From NCBI GenBank assembly GCA_043747615.1, contig JAYTOU010000076.1:16737-80736 (forward strand): a DNA stretch of 64,000 nt, written 5' to 3'. This document shows, one piece after another, positions 63,399-64,000 of this stretch. Within the stretch, counting starts at the first letter, position 1, and each line of letters starts with the position of its first letter. Source of the stretch: Myxococcales bacterium. Lineage in GTDB: Bacteria; Myxococcota_A; Polyangia; Polyangiales; Polyangiaceae. A program made the translations under genes and the position numbers. Under the pieces are notes generated by a model that saw only the letters and a program-made list of their open reading frames with translations, had not been told where the DNA came from and made no database searches.

Positions 63399-64000
63399 TC
63401 AGCCGCGACGAAAATCTGCGCCGTCGCTGAGATCGGAGCCGCTCGCGTCGTCGATGGGCTCGTGCGTCTCGTGATGACCGGGTGACTCGGCTTCGCGAAG
63501 CCGCTCGGCGATTTCAATGATGCGACGCTCGACGCGACCAAACACGCTCGAGGCGGGAAAACGACCGGCAGAGTCGCGCTCGCCGGCGGGGAGCCCCGTG
63601 AGAATTTCGATCCCCTGAAGGACGGATTCCACCGCGTAGAGATGGAACGTTCCTTCGCCAATCGCCCGGGCAACGTCGTCACGAAGGACGAGATGCATGA
63701 GGTTCGTCTTCGGAATGAGCACGCCCTGCACACCCGTCAGCCCACGCGCGGCGCACAGGTCGTAGAAGCCCTCGATCTTTGCGCATACTCCGCCGATTGC
63801 CTGGATTTCTCCGAGCTGATTGACGCTTCCGGTGACCGCGATGCCCTGGTCGATTCCCACTTCGGCGAGCGCGCTGAGGACGGAGAAGAGCTCGCTCGAG
63901 GATGCGCTGTCGCCGTCGACCTCACCGTAGCTCTGCTCGAATGCGATCTGCGCGCGCAAGCTGAGCGGCCTCTCTTGGCCGAAGAGACGGCCGAGGTAGC
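63399..64000 (-). CDS. Lon-family (S16, LonB/LonC-like) protease, C-terminal part; truncated by window edge
   Basis: FEQSYGEVDGDSAS, AVTGSVNQ.G.IQAIGGV..KIEGF (Ser-Lys dyad), QGVLIP..N. Confidence 0.9.
   Translation of the reverse strand, partial: YLGRLFGQERPLSLRAQIAFEQSYGEVDGDSASSSELFSVLSALAEVGIDQGIAVTGSVNQLGEIQAIGGVCAKIEGFYDLCAARGLTGVQGVLIPKTNLMHLVLRDDVARAIGEGTFHLYAVESVLQGIEILTGLPAGERDSAGRFPASSVFGRVERRIIEIAERLREAESPGHHETHEPIDDASGSDLSDGADFRRG

Noticed and set aside
1..64000. Mobile elements, prophage, defence systems, rRNA/tRNA
   Set aside because: No transposase, integrase, phage, nuclease-defence or structural RNA signatures recognised, and no obvious compositional island.

Overview
High-GC, gene-dense chromosomal window. 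Gene content points to a myxobacterium (Myxococcota, Polyangiales-like): Hanks kinases, Cys-rich PPC lipoproteins and a giant AgmK-like TPR protein. About 47 genes are supported. Housekeeping genes: mutY, an E1alpha/E1beta/E2 2-oxoacid dehydrogenase cluster, nadB, etfBA, dnaX-ybaB-recR-ridA, coaBC, ychF, a partial complex I operon nuoEF-JKLMN, hisC and a partial Lon-type protease. Also present: two TolC genes, a sigma54 activator, two Ser/Thr kinases, several lipoproteins, a cobalamin riboswitch and two decayed genes (REC-GGDEF and PlsC-like). I saw no rRNA, tRNA, CRISPR or mobile element. The most notable observations are: (1) an intact E1alpha that has lost its ThDP-binding motifs and both active-site loops while its E1beta and E2 partners are intact; (2) a TPR protein ending in an archaeal TFB/TFIIB-like cyclin repeat; (3) NuoL with a fused PKD-like domain and NuoM with extra N-terminal helices; (4) a TPR/PEGA-kinase-lipoprotein module that may signal across the envelope, whose kinase appears to need a CTG start; (5) a B12-riboswitch-controlled orphan lipoprotein. 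All family calls are by eye from motifs, not from database searches.
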